Source: Dehalococcoidia bacterium (GTDB lineage: Bacteria > Chloroflexota > Dehalococcoidia > Plut-88900). Taken from it: DNA of 64,000 nt. This document shows, one piece after another, positions 19,265-28,636 of the stretch. Under the pieces are notes generated by a model. That model had not been told where the DNA came from, did no database searches, and was given only the letters and a program-made list of their open reading frames with translations. Numbering within the stretch: the stretch's first letter is position 1; every line of letters starts with the position of its first letter. The stretch is taken from the NCBI GenBank assembly GCA_965197645.1, contig OZ240219.1, forward strand, positions 2,336,001 to 2,400,000, written 5' to 3'. The position numbers and the translations under genes are program-made.

Positions 19265-20818
19265 TCATCCCCGGCTGCCCAGCAGCTGGTCTCCCAGCTT
19301 CATGCCGATAAGCATGCTCGTAAGGTTTGTGTTGGCCAGGGGAATGGTCGGCATGATGGAGGCGTCGGCCACGTAGAGGCCCTCCGTCCCGTGTACCCGG
19401 CCCCGGCTGTCCACCACGGCCTCCGGGTCCGAGGCCGGCCCCATCTTGCACGTGCCGACGGCATGGGCGTAGTTGACGATACTCAGCTTCAGATGGTCCC
19501 TGATCTGGCCCTCGGTCCGAAGGCTGTTCCAGGGCTCCGACTCCATGTCGAAGGCCGAAGCCAGGGGCTCCTTGCCGGCGAAGCTTCGCACCAGGCCCAG
19601 CCCGTAGGTCAGCACTGCCATGTCCCGACCCTCGGGATCGGACAGGTAGCGGGTCAGTATCCTCGGCGGAAAGTCCGGGTCTTTGCCCCTGAGCAGCACT
19701 TCTCCTCGGGATACGGGGGCCATGTTGCACACGAAGAGCTCTAGGGCCCGGTCCTCCAGCGACCTGATGACCTGGGAGGGCATGATATGAAGATCGAAGG
19801 GGCCCTGGCAGTAGGGACTCTTTGCTCTCAGCATCACCTGGCCCCGGTAGGTGTCCCGTTCCGCACTGGCCCGGGTTATCCTCTGCCACATATCGGAGGT
19901 GGGCAGGTGTCGCATGTAGAACGAGGGATGATCGTGCAGGTTCCGGCCCACACCGGGCAGATCGGTTTTCACGTCGATGTCCAGCTCCCGGAGATGGTCT
20001 CCAGGGCCGATACCCGACCGCATTAGGATGGCCGGAGAGCCGTATGTCCCGGCGCTGAGCACCAGCCTTTCCGCCCTCAACTCGACCAGCCCGTCCTTCG
20101 ACCGGCATGCAACGCCGACAGCCCTGTCACCCTCGATAATCAGCCGGTCGGTCAGGGTCTCGGGGAGGATGGTGAGATCGGGATGCCGTCTCACCGGGTC
20201 GAGAAAAGCAAAGGCAGCGCTCCACCTGATCGAGTCCTTGACGTTGGCGTGATAGGACCCCACACCCTCCTCCGGCTCCGGACTGCTCATGTCGTCGAGC
20301 CTGGGAAAACCGTCCGCGGCGCACGCCTCTATGAAGGAGCGTTGATAGATGGACAGCTCGTCCTCGTCCATCCGCTCGGTGTAGAGGGGGCCATCGAGCC
20401 CGCGGTAGGGAGTGACAGAGCCGGGTGCGACCCCCTCGATCCGCTGGACCAAGGGCCGGAGGTCATCGTAGCTCCAGCCGGGATTGACTGCCTGGGCCCA
20501 GGCGTCGTAGTCAGAGGGAAGTCCCCAGATGGCGGCGCAGTCGTTATGAGCCGAGCACCCGCCGACAACCCTGGCCCTGGCCTCGACGAAGTCGGGGCCT
20601 TCGTGTCGTTCCGCATAGTAGCCCCAATCGTGGCTCACCGGGTCGTGCCTGGGATCGAGCAGCTCCGGCGGCCATCGGCCATCGTCCAGATGTCCGTAGT
20701 CCGGGCCCGCCTCCACCAGGCAGACCGAGAGCCCGCCCGACTGACACAGCTGATAGGCCAGTGCGCACCCGGCGGATCCGGCTCCTATAATAACTACGTC
20801 GAACCGTTGTTTGTCTAT
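19265..20818 (-). CDS. GMC (choline dehydrogenase-like) oxidoreductase, probable non-canonical start
   Basis: The frame extends upstream of the ORF-track start to ATA-GAC-AAA-CAA-CGG-TTC-GAC (IDKQRFDVVIIGAGSAGC, the FAD motif). Also GVGRNLHDH, HAVGTCKMG and ANTNL. Confidence 0.85.
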   Translation of the reverse strand: MDKQRFDVVIIGAGSAGCALAYQLCQSGGLSVCLVEAGPDYGHLDDGRWPPELLDPRHDPVSHDWGYYAERHEGPDFVEARARVVGGCSAHNDCAAIWGLPSDYDAWAQAVNPGWSYDDLRPLVQRIEGVAPGSVTPYRGLDGPLYTERMDEDELSIYQRSFIEACAADGFPRLDDMSSPEPEEGVGSYHANVKDSIRWSAAFAFLDPVRRHPDLTILPETLTDRLIIEGDRAVGVACRSKDGLVELRAERLVLSAGTYGSPAILMRSGIGPGDHLRELDIDVKTDLPGVGRNLHDHPSFYMRHLPTSDMWQRITRASAERDTYRGQVMLRAKSPYCQGPFDLHIMPSQVIRSLEDRALELFVCNMAPVSRGEVLLRGKDPDFPPRILTRYLSDPEGRDMAVLTYGLGLVRSFAGKEPLASAFDMESEPWNSLRTEGQIRDHLKLSIVNYAHAVGTCKMGPASDPEAVVDSRGRVHGTEGLYVADASIMPTIPLANTNLTSMLIGMKLGDQLLGSRG

Positions 20819-21004
20819 GATAACCTTGTCCCAACAGGAGGGCGGATACTACTGGCGGGCACGCTGCAGTGCTCCTCGCTCTGCCCGCTTCGTCATCCCT
20901 GCTATCATATACCAACCAACAACAGCGATTGTATACGTGACGAATACGGTTCGAAGAGTCCGGAGAGCCGACTCTAATGACCAACATAGCGATGGAGGGT
21001 TAGG

Positions 21005-21694
21005 ATGCCGCAGCTACCGATTATCTACACGGTTAGACTAGACATAACGCCCGAAGCAAGGGACGAGTTCGAGGCGTGGGCCAGCACCAAGCACATAGAT
21101 GACCTGCTGGCGGCGGGCTTTCTCAGCGCGACGAGGTTCAGGGCCTCCAAGGGTCGCCCGGAGTACATGCACCTGTACGAGCTGCCCGACATTGAGCTGC
21201 TGCAGACCGAGGAGTACCAGAACGTAGGCAAGAACGATGCGACCATCGCGAAAGTGAAGGACCAGCTAAGTAACCACTCGGCATCGCTGTATGAACAGGT
21301 GATAGCGGTGAATGTGCTGGAGACGCCGCGCAGCTTTCCCAGCCCAAGGGAGAGCTCGGTGGGAGGCGTACAGAGCAAGCACCTGATAACGGTGCAGATG
21401 GACGTGGAAGCGGGGCGGGAGGAGGAGCTTGTAAAGTGGCACGAAGAGGAGCACATACCGACTCTGTTGCAGGCCAAGGGCATGGTGAACGGTCGTCTGT
21501 GCCGGAGGGCTGCCAACCATCCGACGACACCCTGCCGCGACCCGGAGTGGGTTTCGATCTACGAGATGGAGGGCCCCGAGACTTTAAGGGACCCTAAAGT
21601 CAAGGAGGCCAACGAGACGGAGTGGGCCAAGCGGATGCACCAGGCCACCTCGGACGTGAGGTTGTGCGTGCTGGAGCGAATCACCCCTGCGTAG
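21005..21694 (+). CDS. Hypothetical protein with two EthD/DUF4286-like dimeric alpha-beta barrel repeats
   Basis: Internal repeat: EFEAWASTKHIDDLL...YMHLYEL versus ELVKWHEEEHIPTLL...WVSIYEM; RBS GGAGG. Confidence 0.7.
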   Translation: MPQLPIIYTVRLDITPEARDEFEAWASTKHIDDLLAAGFLSATRFRASKGRPEYMHLYELPDIELLQTEEYQNVGKNDATIAKVKDQLSNHSASLYEQVIAVNVLETPRSFPSPRESSVGGVQSKHLITVQMDVEAGREEELVKWHEEEHIPTLLQAKGMVNGRLCRRAANHPTTPCRDPEWVSIYEMEGPETLRDPKVKEANETEWAKRMHQATSDVRLCVLERITPA

Positions 21695-21754
21695 AGCGTT
21701 TTTGGACCGGACCCAACCTGGAAACAGTCTGCCTGGCCGCGGGGTCCTTCAGCG

Positions 21755-21933
21755 CTACTGAAGGGCTCCTGTCATAATGTCGTTGTTGGCCCTGTTGGCG
21801 CCGTGGTAGGCCTGGCACGCGACTATCTGGCCTTCCGCCAATACCGTCCTGTCCGCCGCCCCTTGGCCCAGAACCAGTCTTTGTGGTCCGGGTTATACCC
21901 CGACTTCTTGTACATGACGGTGGTTGCATCGAA
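21755..21933 (-). pseudogene. Decayed 3' fragment of a cytochrome P460/c'-beta family gene
   Basis: Reads FDATTVMYKKSGYNPDHKDWFWAK, then after a frameshift AADRTVLAEGQIVACQAYHGANRANNDIMTGALQ*. CxxCH has become CQAYH, and there is no N-terminal part. Confidence 0.65.
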
Positions 21934-22026
21934 AGCACATTTATACCCGAGACCAACCGCGGGAAGTCGCGGAAGTGGTATCGGAATGGGCCGGTCTGGA
22001 CATCCGGGATAAGAAAAGAGGGCGCT

Positions 22027-22419
22027 ATGGACTTTGAAACGATCTCCCAGATTGCAAACATCGTGATGGCTGGGTTCATCATCCTGGCCCCGATGGCCGC
22101 TTTCATCCTCTGGGGGCTGGCAAGGCGCAGGCGCAACGAGAGCGTGCGCGAGGTCTACGACCAGCTCCAGGAATGGGAGGATATCCTGGAGAAGGACGAG
22201 GACCAGCTGTTCAAGAAGATAGAGGACGAGAAGATGCCCAGGGAAGCCGCCACAATGGCCCTGCTGATGCAGATCGAATCCAGGCTGACCGAGCTGCACG
22301 CCATCCTCATGACCGACTTCACCTACAAGCACATGCGCCCCCACGAAGTCCCCAAATGGCTGAAGAGCCTGGAGGTGCGCTTACTTAAGTCCAAGCGGGA
22401 ATGGGCTGACCGAACCTAA
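22027..22419 (+). CDS. Small hypothetical protein with an N-terminal transmembrane helix
   Basis: ATG 22027 follows AAGAGGG; hydrophobic IANIVMAGFIILAPMAAFILWGL followed by ARRRR. Confidence 0.65.
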   Translation: MDFETISQIANIVMAGFIILAPMAAFILWGLARRRRNESVREVYDQLQEWEDILEKDEDQLFKKIEDEKMPREAATMALLMQIESRLTELHAILMTDFTYKHMRPHEVPKWLKSLEVRLLKSKREWADRT

Positions 22420-22446
22420 CGTCTGGTACAAGACCACGAAGAAAGG

Positions 22447-23106
22447 ATGGAGATGATGGCGACTCAGGACAGGCGAAATGTAGGAACACCAAACAATCCG
22501 GTGTCTTGGCTTCACCAGCGGGCGGTAGCACTACTCTATGACGAACTTACACGTCCCGATAACGAAGAAGGGATACGCGCAATGCTGTCGCCAGACAGTG
22601 AGCTATCTCACGACCTCAAGGAAGGTGTCGAACGAGTCAAAACTCCCGACGAGTGGGACAATATTGGCGGGATCGTTCCTGACCTTATCCTGTACGGCCA
22701 CGACGACAAGCCTGTTCGAATCATCGAAGTCGTCGTTAGCAGTCCGCCGGACGCCCGGAAGCGCAAGAAGCTGGAAGCCCTACGCAGCAGGGGAGTTGAT
22801 GTGGTCGAGATAAAGGTCAACGAGGAGAGAGACCTTTTGAACCTGTGTTGGGTACCGTGGACGCCCAGGTTTACTTCTCTAACCAGCAAGGACACGTTCT
22901 CAGTCAATATAGCGACGAATCAACACAAGAGCGGTAAACGCCGCCAGCAGGACAAGGTGATTCAAGAGCTGATTGTAGCCTTACAATCTTGCAGCCCTAA
23001 GGTACGTCGCGATTTTTGGAATGTCTTGAAGCACCTGGGGCAGTTGGATTCTCTCTACCCAGTCAGGCCAGACAACCCGTATCGACAAGAGCTGGAGGCA
23101 TCCTGA
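22447..23106 (+). CDS. Hypothetical protein, possible PD-(D/E)XK/CoiA-like nuclease fold
   Basis: Motifs SWLHQRAVALL, GGIVPDLILY..PVRIIEVVVS and K..L...GVDVVEIKV; AT-richer than its flanks. Confidence 0.55.
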   Translation: MEMMATQDRRNVGTPNNPVSWLHQRAVALLYDELTRPDNEEGIRAMLSPDSELSHDLKEGVERVKTPDEWDNIGGIVPDLILYGHDDKPVRIIEVVVSSPPDARKRKKLEALRSRGVDVVEIKVNEERDLLNLCWVPWTPRFTSLTSKDTFSVNIATNQHKSGKRRQQDKVIQELIVALQSCSPKVRRDFWNVLKHLGQLDSLYPVRPDNPYRQELEAS

Positions 23107-23141
23107 ATAAGGGGATGCAACCGGCAATTCCAGCCCCGCCG

Positions 23142-23849
23142 TCAGCTGCCCAGGAAGACCTCGGTGAGGATGTCGGTTTCCCGTACCGATTGGGGAGTGC
23201 CGTCATGCACGACTTGGCCCTTGTCCAGCACATAGGCCCGGTCCACGATGTCCAGAACGCCCTTGATATTGTGTTCCACTACCATGATGGTGGTCTGGAG
23301 CACGTCGCTGATGTCGGCGACCTTCTGGAACACCTCCCTCACCAGGATGGGCGCCAGTCCCAGGGTGGGTTCGTCCAGGAGCAGCATATCGGGAGCGGCC
23401 ATCAGACCCCGGCCCAGGGCCAGCATCTGTTGCTGGCCCCCGGACATCTGGCTGGCCAGGTCGCCGCGTTTCTCATACAGGATCGGGAATAGCTCCAGCA
23501 CCGACTCCATCCGACGCTGTTTTTCCTCCCTGTCTTCCAGGTAGAGACAGCCCATCTCCAGGTTCTCCTGGACGGTTAGATGGGTGAAGACCCGCCGCCC
23601 CTGGGGCACGAAGGAGATCCCCTCCTTCACTATCTCGTGAGTGGCCGCCGCCAGCCGACTTTCCCGCCAATAGACATCGCCTTCGACCACGGGTGCCAGA
23701 CCCATGATGGCCTTGAGGACGGTGGACTTTCCGGCCCCATTGGGGCCCATCACCGCCACTACCTCGCCCTTCGTGACCGCCAGCGAGACCTTGTCCAGGG
23801 CTACGACCACCCCATAATGCACCGATATGTCGGTCAACTTCAGCAGCAT
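23142..23849 (-). CDS. livF: Branched-chain amino acid ABC transporter ATPase
   Basis: Motifs GPNGAGKST, VPQGRRVF, MSGGQQQMLA and LLDEP. Confidence 0.9.
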   Translation of the reverse strand: MLLKLTDISVHYGVVVALDKVSLAVTKGEVVAVMGPNGAGKSTVLKAIMGLAPVVEGDVYWRESRLAAATHEIVKEGISFVPQGRRVFTHLTVQENLEMGCLYLEDREEKQRRMESVLELFPILYEKRGDLASQMSGGQQQMLALGRGLMAAPDMLLLDEPTLGLAPILVREVFQKVADISDVLQTTIMVVEHNIKGVLDIVDRAYVLDKGQVVHDGTPQSVRETDILTEVFLGS

Positions 23850-23929
23850 AGTACTAGTCCTTCTACTCCATTCCTCTCAGGATATCGGATTGGGTAGGAT
23901 GTGCCCGACTCCACGTATAAGGCGGCAGT

Positions 23930-24691
23930 CTAGTCGCCCAGGTAGGCTTCGATCACCTCTTGTCTGCTCAGGACCTCGTCCACCTCCCCCTTTGCCAGCA
24001 GGGTGCCGCTATCCAGGACGATTATGCGATCGGACAGCTCCCGAACGATGCTCATGTTATGGGAGACGAAGACTATGGTGTGGCCCTCGGCGCGCATCTG
24101 CTTAATTATGGTCTTGACCCTCTCCACCATCTGGGGAAACAGCCCGGCGAAGGGCTCATCGAGCAGGTAGGTCTTGACGTTCAGCGCCATGGCCCGGCCT
24201 ATCTCCAGCAGCTTTTGCTGGCCATAGGACAAGTCCTGGGCCAGGAAGTTGCGCTTGTCCCAAATGCCGACGTTTTCCAGGATGCTCTGGGCCTTTTCGC
24301 GGTGCCGGGCCTTGCCGCGTTCCAACAGGGCGGACAGGAGGCGGCGCTCGGTCAACACCACCATGATGTTGTCCCACACACTGAGCTGGCCGAACAGCCT
24401 TACTTCCTGGAAGGTGCGGGTCAAGCCGTGCTGGGGACTTTCATAGGCCTTCAAGACCCGCAGGCCAACGTCATCGATGATCACCATCCCCCCATCGAGG
24501 GGCAGCGTTCCGCTCAGCAGGTTCACCAGGGTCGATTTTCCCGAGCCGTTCGGGCCGACGATGCTGGTGATGCCTCCGCGAGAGATGGTAAGGCTGAGCC
24601 GGTCGACGGCCTTGACCGCTCCGAAGTGCTTGGAGATCTCCCGCGTCTCCAGGGCAAGTTCCTCCGCGTGGTCGGTGTCGAGTTCGCTCAT
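23930..24691 (-). CDS. livG: Branched-chain amino acid ABC transporter ATPase
   Basis: Motifs GPNGSGKST, RTFQ, LSYGQQKLLEIGRA and VIEAYLG. Start MSELD overlaps the livM stop. Confidence 0.9.
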   Translation of the reverse strand: MSELDTDHAEELALETREISKHFGAVKAVDRLSLTISRGGITSIVGPNGSGKSTLVNLLSGTLPLDGGMVIIDDVGLRVLKAYESPQHGLTRTFQEVRLFGQLSVWDNIMVVLTERRLLSALLERGKARHREKAQSILENVGIWDKRNFLAQDLSYGQQKLLEIGRAMALNVKTYLLDEPFAGLFPQMVERVKTIIKQMRAEGHTIVFVSHNMSIVRELSDRIIVLDSGTLLAKGEVDEVLSRQEVIEAYLGD

Positions 24692-25743
24692 AGCTTGTAC
24701 CTCCCCGCCAGCCCCTGGGGCCGGAACAGCATGAGCACCACCAGTAAGATACCTAGGACCACCTGTCGAGCTTGGCCAACGTACTCGGTGGGCAGGCCCG
24801 GTAGAAAGCGCATTCCTTCCTCCAGCAGAACGAAGGCCATCGCCCCCAGGAGGGAACCTCTGAGCGATGCCAGCCCTCCCAGTATTACTATCGATACCAG
24901 CAGCACCGATTCCAACAGAATGAAGGAGTTGGGGTCTATGAACGTGGTCCAGCTGGCGAACAATCCCCCGGCCAGGCCGGCCATCATCGCCGATAAGACC
25001 CATATGGCCAGCTTGTAGTGGGTGGCCCGGTAGCCGAACACCTCTATCGCCTGCTCGTCTTCCCGGATGGCCGTCAGCACCCGTCCAAAGGATGAGGACA
25101 CGATGAGCCAGCAGACCAGCAGGACCAGGGCCAGGAACACTAAGACCAGCAGCAGGAACTCCAGATCGCCGTTGAACACCCAGCCGCCTATGGCGGGAGT
25201 CGCTATTTCGTGGATGCCGAACGGCCCCCGGGTCAGCGTCCTAAAGTTCAGGAACACGCTGAAGGCGATGATGGCGAACCCGAAGGACACCAGGACATAT
25301 ATGTCGTCCCGGAATCGATTGAACATCACCCCCACGATGACGGCCACCAGGCCCGCTGCGGCCGCGCTGATGGGCAGCACTGCGAAGAAGGGCCAGCCGA
25401 AGGTGGGGATGGCCTCGGTGCGCAGCTGTTCGTAGAGCGGGTCTGAGGTCAGGATGGCCATTGCATAAGCGCCGATGCCGAAGAAGCCGATGTGCCCCAC
25501 CGACAACAACCCTGTATAGCCCACTACCAGATTCAGGCTGACGGCAAGTATGGCCCAGATGCCGAAGACGGTGCCCACGGTGATAGCGAACCCGGGCCCT
25601 TTCCACAGCATGAAGCCAACCGCCCAGCTTATGATCAGCAGGTTGGCCCACAGCTCCAGGTTGCCCTTGCCGGCTTGCCAGAGCACTCCGGGATCACTGG
25701 CCAGTCTCTTTACTCCTGTGTAGAGCCTTGAAGTCATCAGCAT
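24688..25743 (-). CDS. livM: Branched-chain amino acid ABC transporter permease
   Basis: Motifs SLNLVVGYTGLLSVGH.GFFGIGAY, FGRVLTAIREDE and ILGGLAS. Confidence 0.9.
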   Translation of the reverse strand: MLMTSRLYTGVKRLASDPGVLWQAGKGNLELWANLLIISWAVGFMLWKGPGFAITVGTVFGIWAILAVSLNLVVGYTGLLSVGHIGFFGIGAYAMAILTSDPLYEQLRTEAIPTFGWPFFAVLPISAAAAGLVAVIVGVMFNRFRDDIYVLVSFGFAIIAFSVFLNFRTLTRGPFGIHEIATPAIGGWVFNGDLEFLLLVLVFLALVLLVCWLIVSSSFGRVLTAIREDEQAIEVFGYRATHYKLAIWVLSAMMAGLAGGLFASWTTFIDPNSFILLESVLLVSIVILGGLASLRGSLLGAMAFVLLEEGMRFLPGLPTEYVGQARQVVLGILLVVLMLFRPQGLAGRYKL

Positions 25744-25747
25744 AGGC

Positions 25748-27100
25748 CTACTTCCTCGGTATCAGTCCGTTGGGCCAGAAGGACAGGAACAGGATCAGGA
25801 GAATGAAGGAGATGGCGTCCTTCCACTCCCCGGCTAGGTCCCAGATGCCGAACTGTTCCACCAACCCCAGGGCGAATCCTCCGACGATGGCACCGTACAG
25901 GTTCCCTATGCCGCCGACCACCGAGGCGATCCATCCTTTGAGCAGGAGCAGAAGGCCCATCCTGGGCTGAATGGCGGTATCGTGGCCACTCAACAGCCCG
26001 GCGAGGGCGGCGTAGACCGCTCCTATGAAGAAAACGACGGCGATTATGGCTGTAGTGTCTATCCCCACCACCTTGGACACCTCTTCATCGTCGCCAATGG
26101 CTCGAACGGCCTTGCCGAAGGAGGTTTTCTTGAGGAGAAGGATCAGCGCTGCGAAGGCGGCTATAGCAACGCCGATGTTGAAGACGTTGGAGGGCTTGAT
26201 GAACGCCCCAGCTACTGACCAAGAGCCGCCGCCAAAAGTCGCCGGCAGGGGGCGGGGAACGCTTTCGAATACGATGGAGATGAAGGCGGATATGGCCAGC
26301 AGGATACCCAGGGAAGCGACCAGCATGATCAACGGCGATCTCGCCCGCCGGCGCATGTAGACGTATAGGCCCCGGTACAGGGCGAGGCCCACGCATCCCG
26401 CCAGAAGGCAGGAGACTCCCCAGCTCATGTAGAGGCTGGCGGCGGGTGCACCGGCCACCAGAAAGCCGCAGTAAGCCCCAAGGGCTGCCCCTGCCAGCGC
26501 AGCGAACGCGCCAAAGGGCGCACGGCCCACCCATGGCAGTACTGTCCGGCGCCCCCGGCAAAGTACCAAGCCCGCGGCTAGGGCGACTAAAGCCCCCACG
26601 GCCGGCGACAGAACGACGTTGAGTTCGTCAGGATAGGACAGCACGAATCCCGTGTACACGCCGATACCTGCGGCCAGCAGGGGGCCGCCAGCCCGCAAGA
26701 CTGAGGGATCGATACGGTCGCGGAGCCGGGAGTATAGGCCCACGTGCAGGGCCCAGGCAACGACCCCTGTTACCACTACGGCAAAGACGATGTTGACGAA
26801 TATGTTATTGACGTCCTGCCGGCCTACAACCGCCTCTGAAGAACGCAGGTAGAACACACCGTAGGCGCCCAGGGCCGCCGCTGCGCCATAGTACAGATCG
26901 AAGAACCACACCGTGCTGTAAACGAGGGTGAAGCCCATGGCCAGCAGCGCGTAAACCGCTCCTACGGCGACCCCGTTGAATGCAAACTGCAGCGCCTGCT
27001 CGGACGACTGGCTCACCTTCCAGGCAAGGTAGGCTACAACTAGCAAGGCCAAGGCAATCGCTAGAAGCTTGCCCTGGCCTTGAAGGTATCTGCTAAGCAA
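25748..27100 (-). CDS. livH: Branched-chain amino acid ABC transporter permease, unusually long
   Basis: Motifs NGVAVGAVYALLAMGFTLVY, FGKAVRA and VVGGIGN.YGA; 450 aa with an internal hydrophobic insertion. Confidence 0.85.
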   Translation of the reverse strand: MLSRYLQGQGKLLAIALALLVVAYLAWKVSQSSEQALQFAFNGVAVGAVYALLAMGFTLVYSTVWFFDLYYGAAAALGAYGVFYLRSSEAVVGRQDVNNIFVNIVFAVVVTGVVAWALHVGLYSRLRDRIDPSVLRAGGPLLAAGIGVYTGFVLSYPDELNVVLSPAVGALVALAAGLVLCRGRRTVLPWVGRAPFGAFAALAGAALGAYCGFLVAGAPAASLYMSWGVSCLLAGCVGLALYRGLYVYMRRRARSPLIMLVASLGILLAISAFISIVFESVPRPLPATFGGGSWSVAGAFIKPSNVFNIGVAIAAFAALILLLKKTSFGKAVRAIGDDEEVSKVVGIDTTAIIAVVFFIGAVYAALAGLLSGHDTAIQPRMGLLLLLKGWIASVVGGIGNLYGAIVGGFALGLVEQFGIWDLAGEWKDAISFILLILFLSFWPNGLIPRK

Positions 27101-27141
27101 GGTGGACCTACGCCACGGAAGTACCGGCCGGTGGACCTATA

Positions 27142-28479
27142 CTACTGAATCGGGGCCGGTCCAAGCACTACGAAACCCAGGTTGTCTTCAGTGCGTTCGG
27201 CCACCGGCAGGACCTGGATGACCACGTTGGATAGCCCTACCACGTCGCCGTTTTCGTCGAAGCTGTAGTTGTCACCGATGGCCCCGCTCCAGGTGAGGTT
27301 GTACAGGCAGTCTCTAAAGCCATCGGCGTCCTGGTCGTCATTGGTCTGACTCAGGCACTCAGCGGCGATGTAGACATCGTCGTATGCCGAACCCTGGAAC
27401 CAGGGCAATGTGGCCCCGACGCCGTACCGTGCTCTGAAGTTCGTCAGGAACTTCTCGCCTGCGGCACTGGTCAGGTCCGGGTTGGGGACTATGGCCTTCA
27501 GGCCCGTGGCTGCCTCGCCGGCTATGCTGAGAGCCTCCGGAGCTGTGGCGACGATTTCGGAGTACATCGGGCCCTCGTACCCCAGTTCGCGGGCCTGCTT
27601 GATGATGGTGCCGCCTGCGGACTCCTGCTGAACGGCTATGATCAGGGCATCGGGGTTCTCATTGAGCAGCTTGGTCAACTGGGTGCGGAAGTCGATGACG
27701 TCGGGGGGGAAACTTTCCCCCGCTGCCACGGAGCCTCCCAGTTTTTCGAACTGAGCAACGGCGGTTCGTCGGGCGCCCTCGGCGTAGTCGGTTGCCTCGG
27801 TTATGGTGACTATGGTGCGAATGTCATCGGCCCACAAAGTATTGCCCATGTCTATGCCTAGCTGGAGGTCGTTGATGGCTGTCCGGAAGATGTAGTCGCC
27901 GGCGTTGGCGATGTCGGGACTGGTGGCGGATGCGGAAAACAGGATCACACCATCCTCCCCAGCCAGGGGTGCAGCGCCCAGCATTGAACCGCTGCAAGTA
28001 GTGCCCAGGATGATCTTGACTCCATCCACCTCGGTCAGCTTCTTGTAGGCTAGTATGCCGTCGGCCGCGGTGCATTTGGAGTCCTCTGCTATGAGCTCCA
28101 ACATCCGGCCGTTGATACCGCCGACAGCATTGATCTCTTCCACAGCCAGGAGCTTGGCCTGGTGAAGGGGGTTACCGTAGGACTCGGCGCCCCCGGTGAG
28201 AGCGTCCATTGCGCCAATCACGAAGGGCTCCTCCGATGGGGCCTCTGTTGGTTCGGCCATCGCAGTCTCGGTTGGTTCGGCCATCGCTGTCTCGGTTGGC
28301 TCGGCCATCGGGGTTTCCGTTGGCTCGGCCATAGCAGCTTCCGTTGGCTCGGCAGTGGCGGGTTGCTCGTCAGGAGTCGGCTCTACAGTGGGGTCCTCGC
28401 TGCCACATGCCATAGCCGCCACGGCCAGAATCGCCAGCAGAACTAAGGGAATCGTCCATTTACTCAGAAGCGTTTGCAT
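27142..28479 (-). CDS. LivJ/K-type ABC substrate-binding lipoprotein
   Basis: Lipobox AAMAC, acidic repeat linker, AVEEINAVGGINGR and YIFRT. Confidence 0.9.
   Translation of the reverse strand: MQTLLSKWTIPLVLLAILAVAAMACGSEDPTVEPTPDEQPATAEPTEAAMAEPTETPMAEPTETAMAEPTETAMAEPTEAPSEEPFVIGAMDALTGGAESYGNPLHQAKLLAVEEINAVGGINGRMLELIAEDSKCTAADGILAYKKLTEVDGVKIILGTTCSGSMLGAAPLAGEDGVILFSASATSPDIANAGDYIFRTAINDLQLGIDMGNTLWADDIRTIVTITEATDYAEGARRTAVAQFEKLGGSVAAGESFPPDVIDFRTQLTKLLNENPDALIIAVQQESAGGTIIKQARELGYEGPMYSEIVATAPEALSIAGEAATGLKAIVPNPDLTSAAGEKFLTNFRARYGVGATLPWFQGSAYDDVYIAAECLSQTNDDQDADGFRDCLYNLTWSGAIGDNYSFDENGDVVGLSNVVIQVLPVAERTEDNLGFVVLGPAPIQ
28247..28353 (-). repeat. 24-bp coding tandem repeat (AMAEPTET-like, about 4.5 units)
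   Basis: GTTGG(T/C)TCGGCCAT recurs every 24 bp. Confidence 0.85.
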
Positions 28480-28636
28480 AGTGCCCTCTTTAAGACATAT
28501 AGAAAGCGTAGCTGCTGGGAGGCCATCGCCGAAACTGTCCTGCCCTCAGCGATGCCATTGCGAGCGGCATCATATCATGACGTCGTTCTGACATTCAATA
28601 CTCCTGGCTTGCCAGCCTCCATAGCGGGATTGGCGT

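Noticed and set aside
20940-20953. CGAATACGGTTCG as a second LexA box
   Set aside because: Only a 3-nt spacer and a mismatched half-site.
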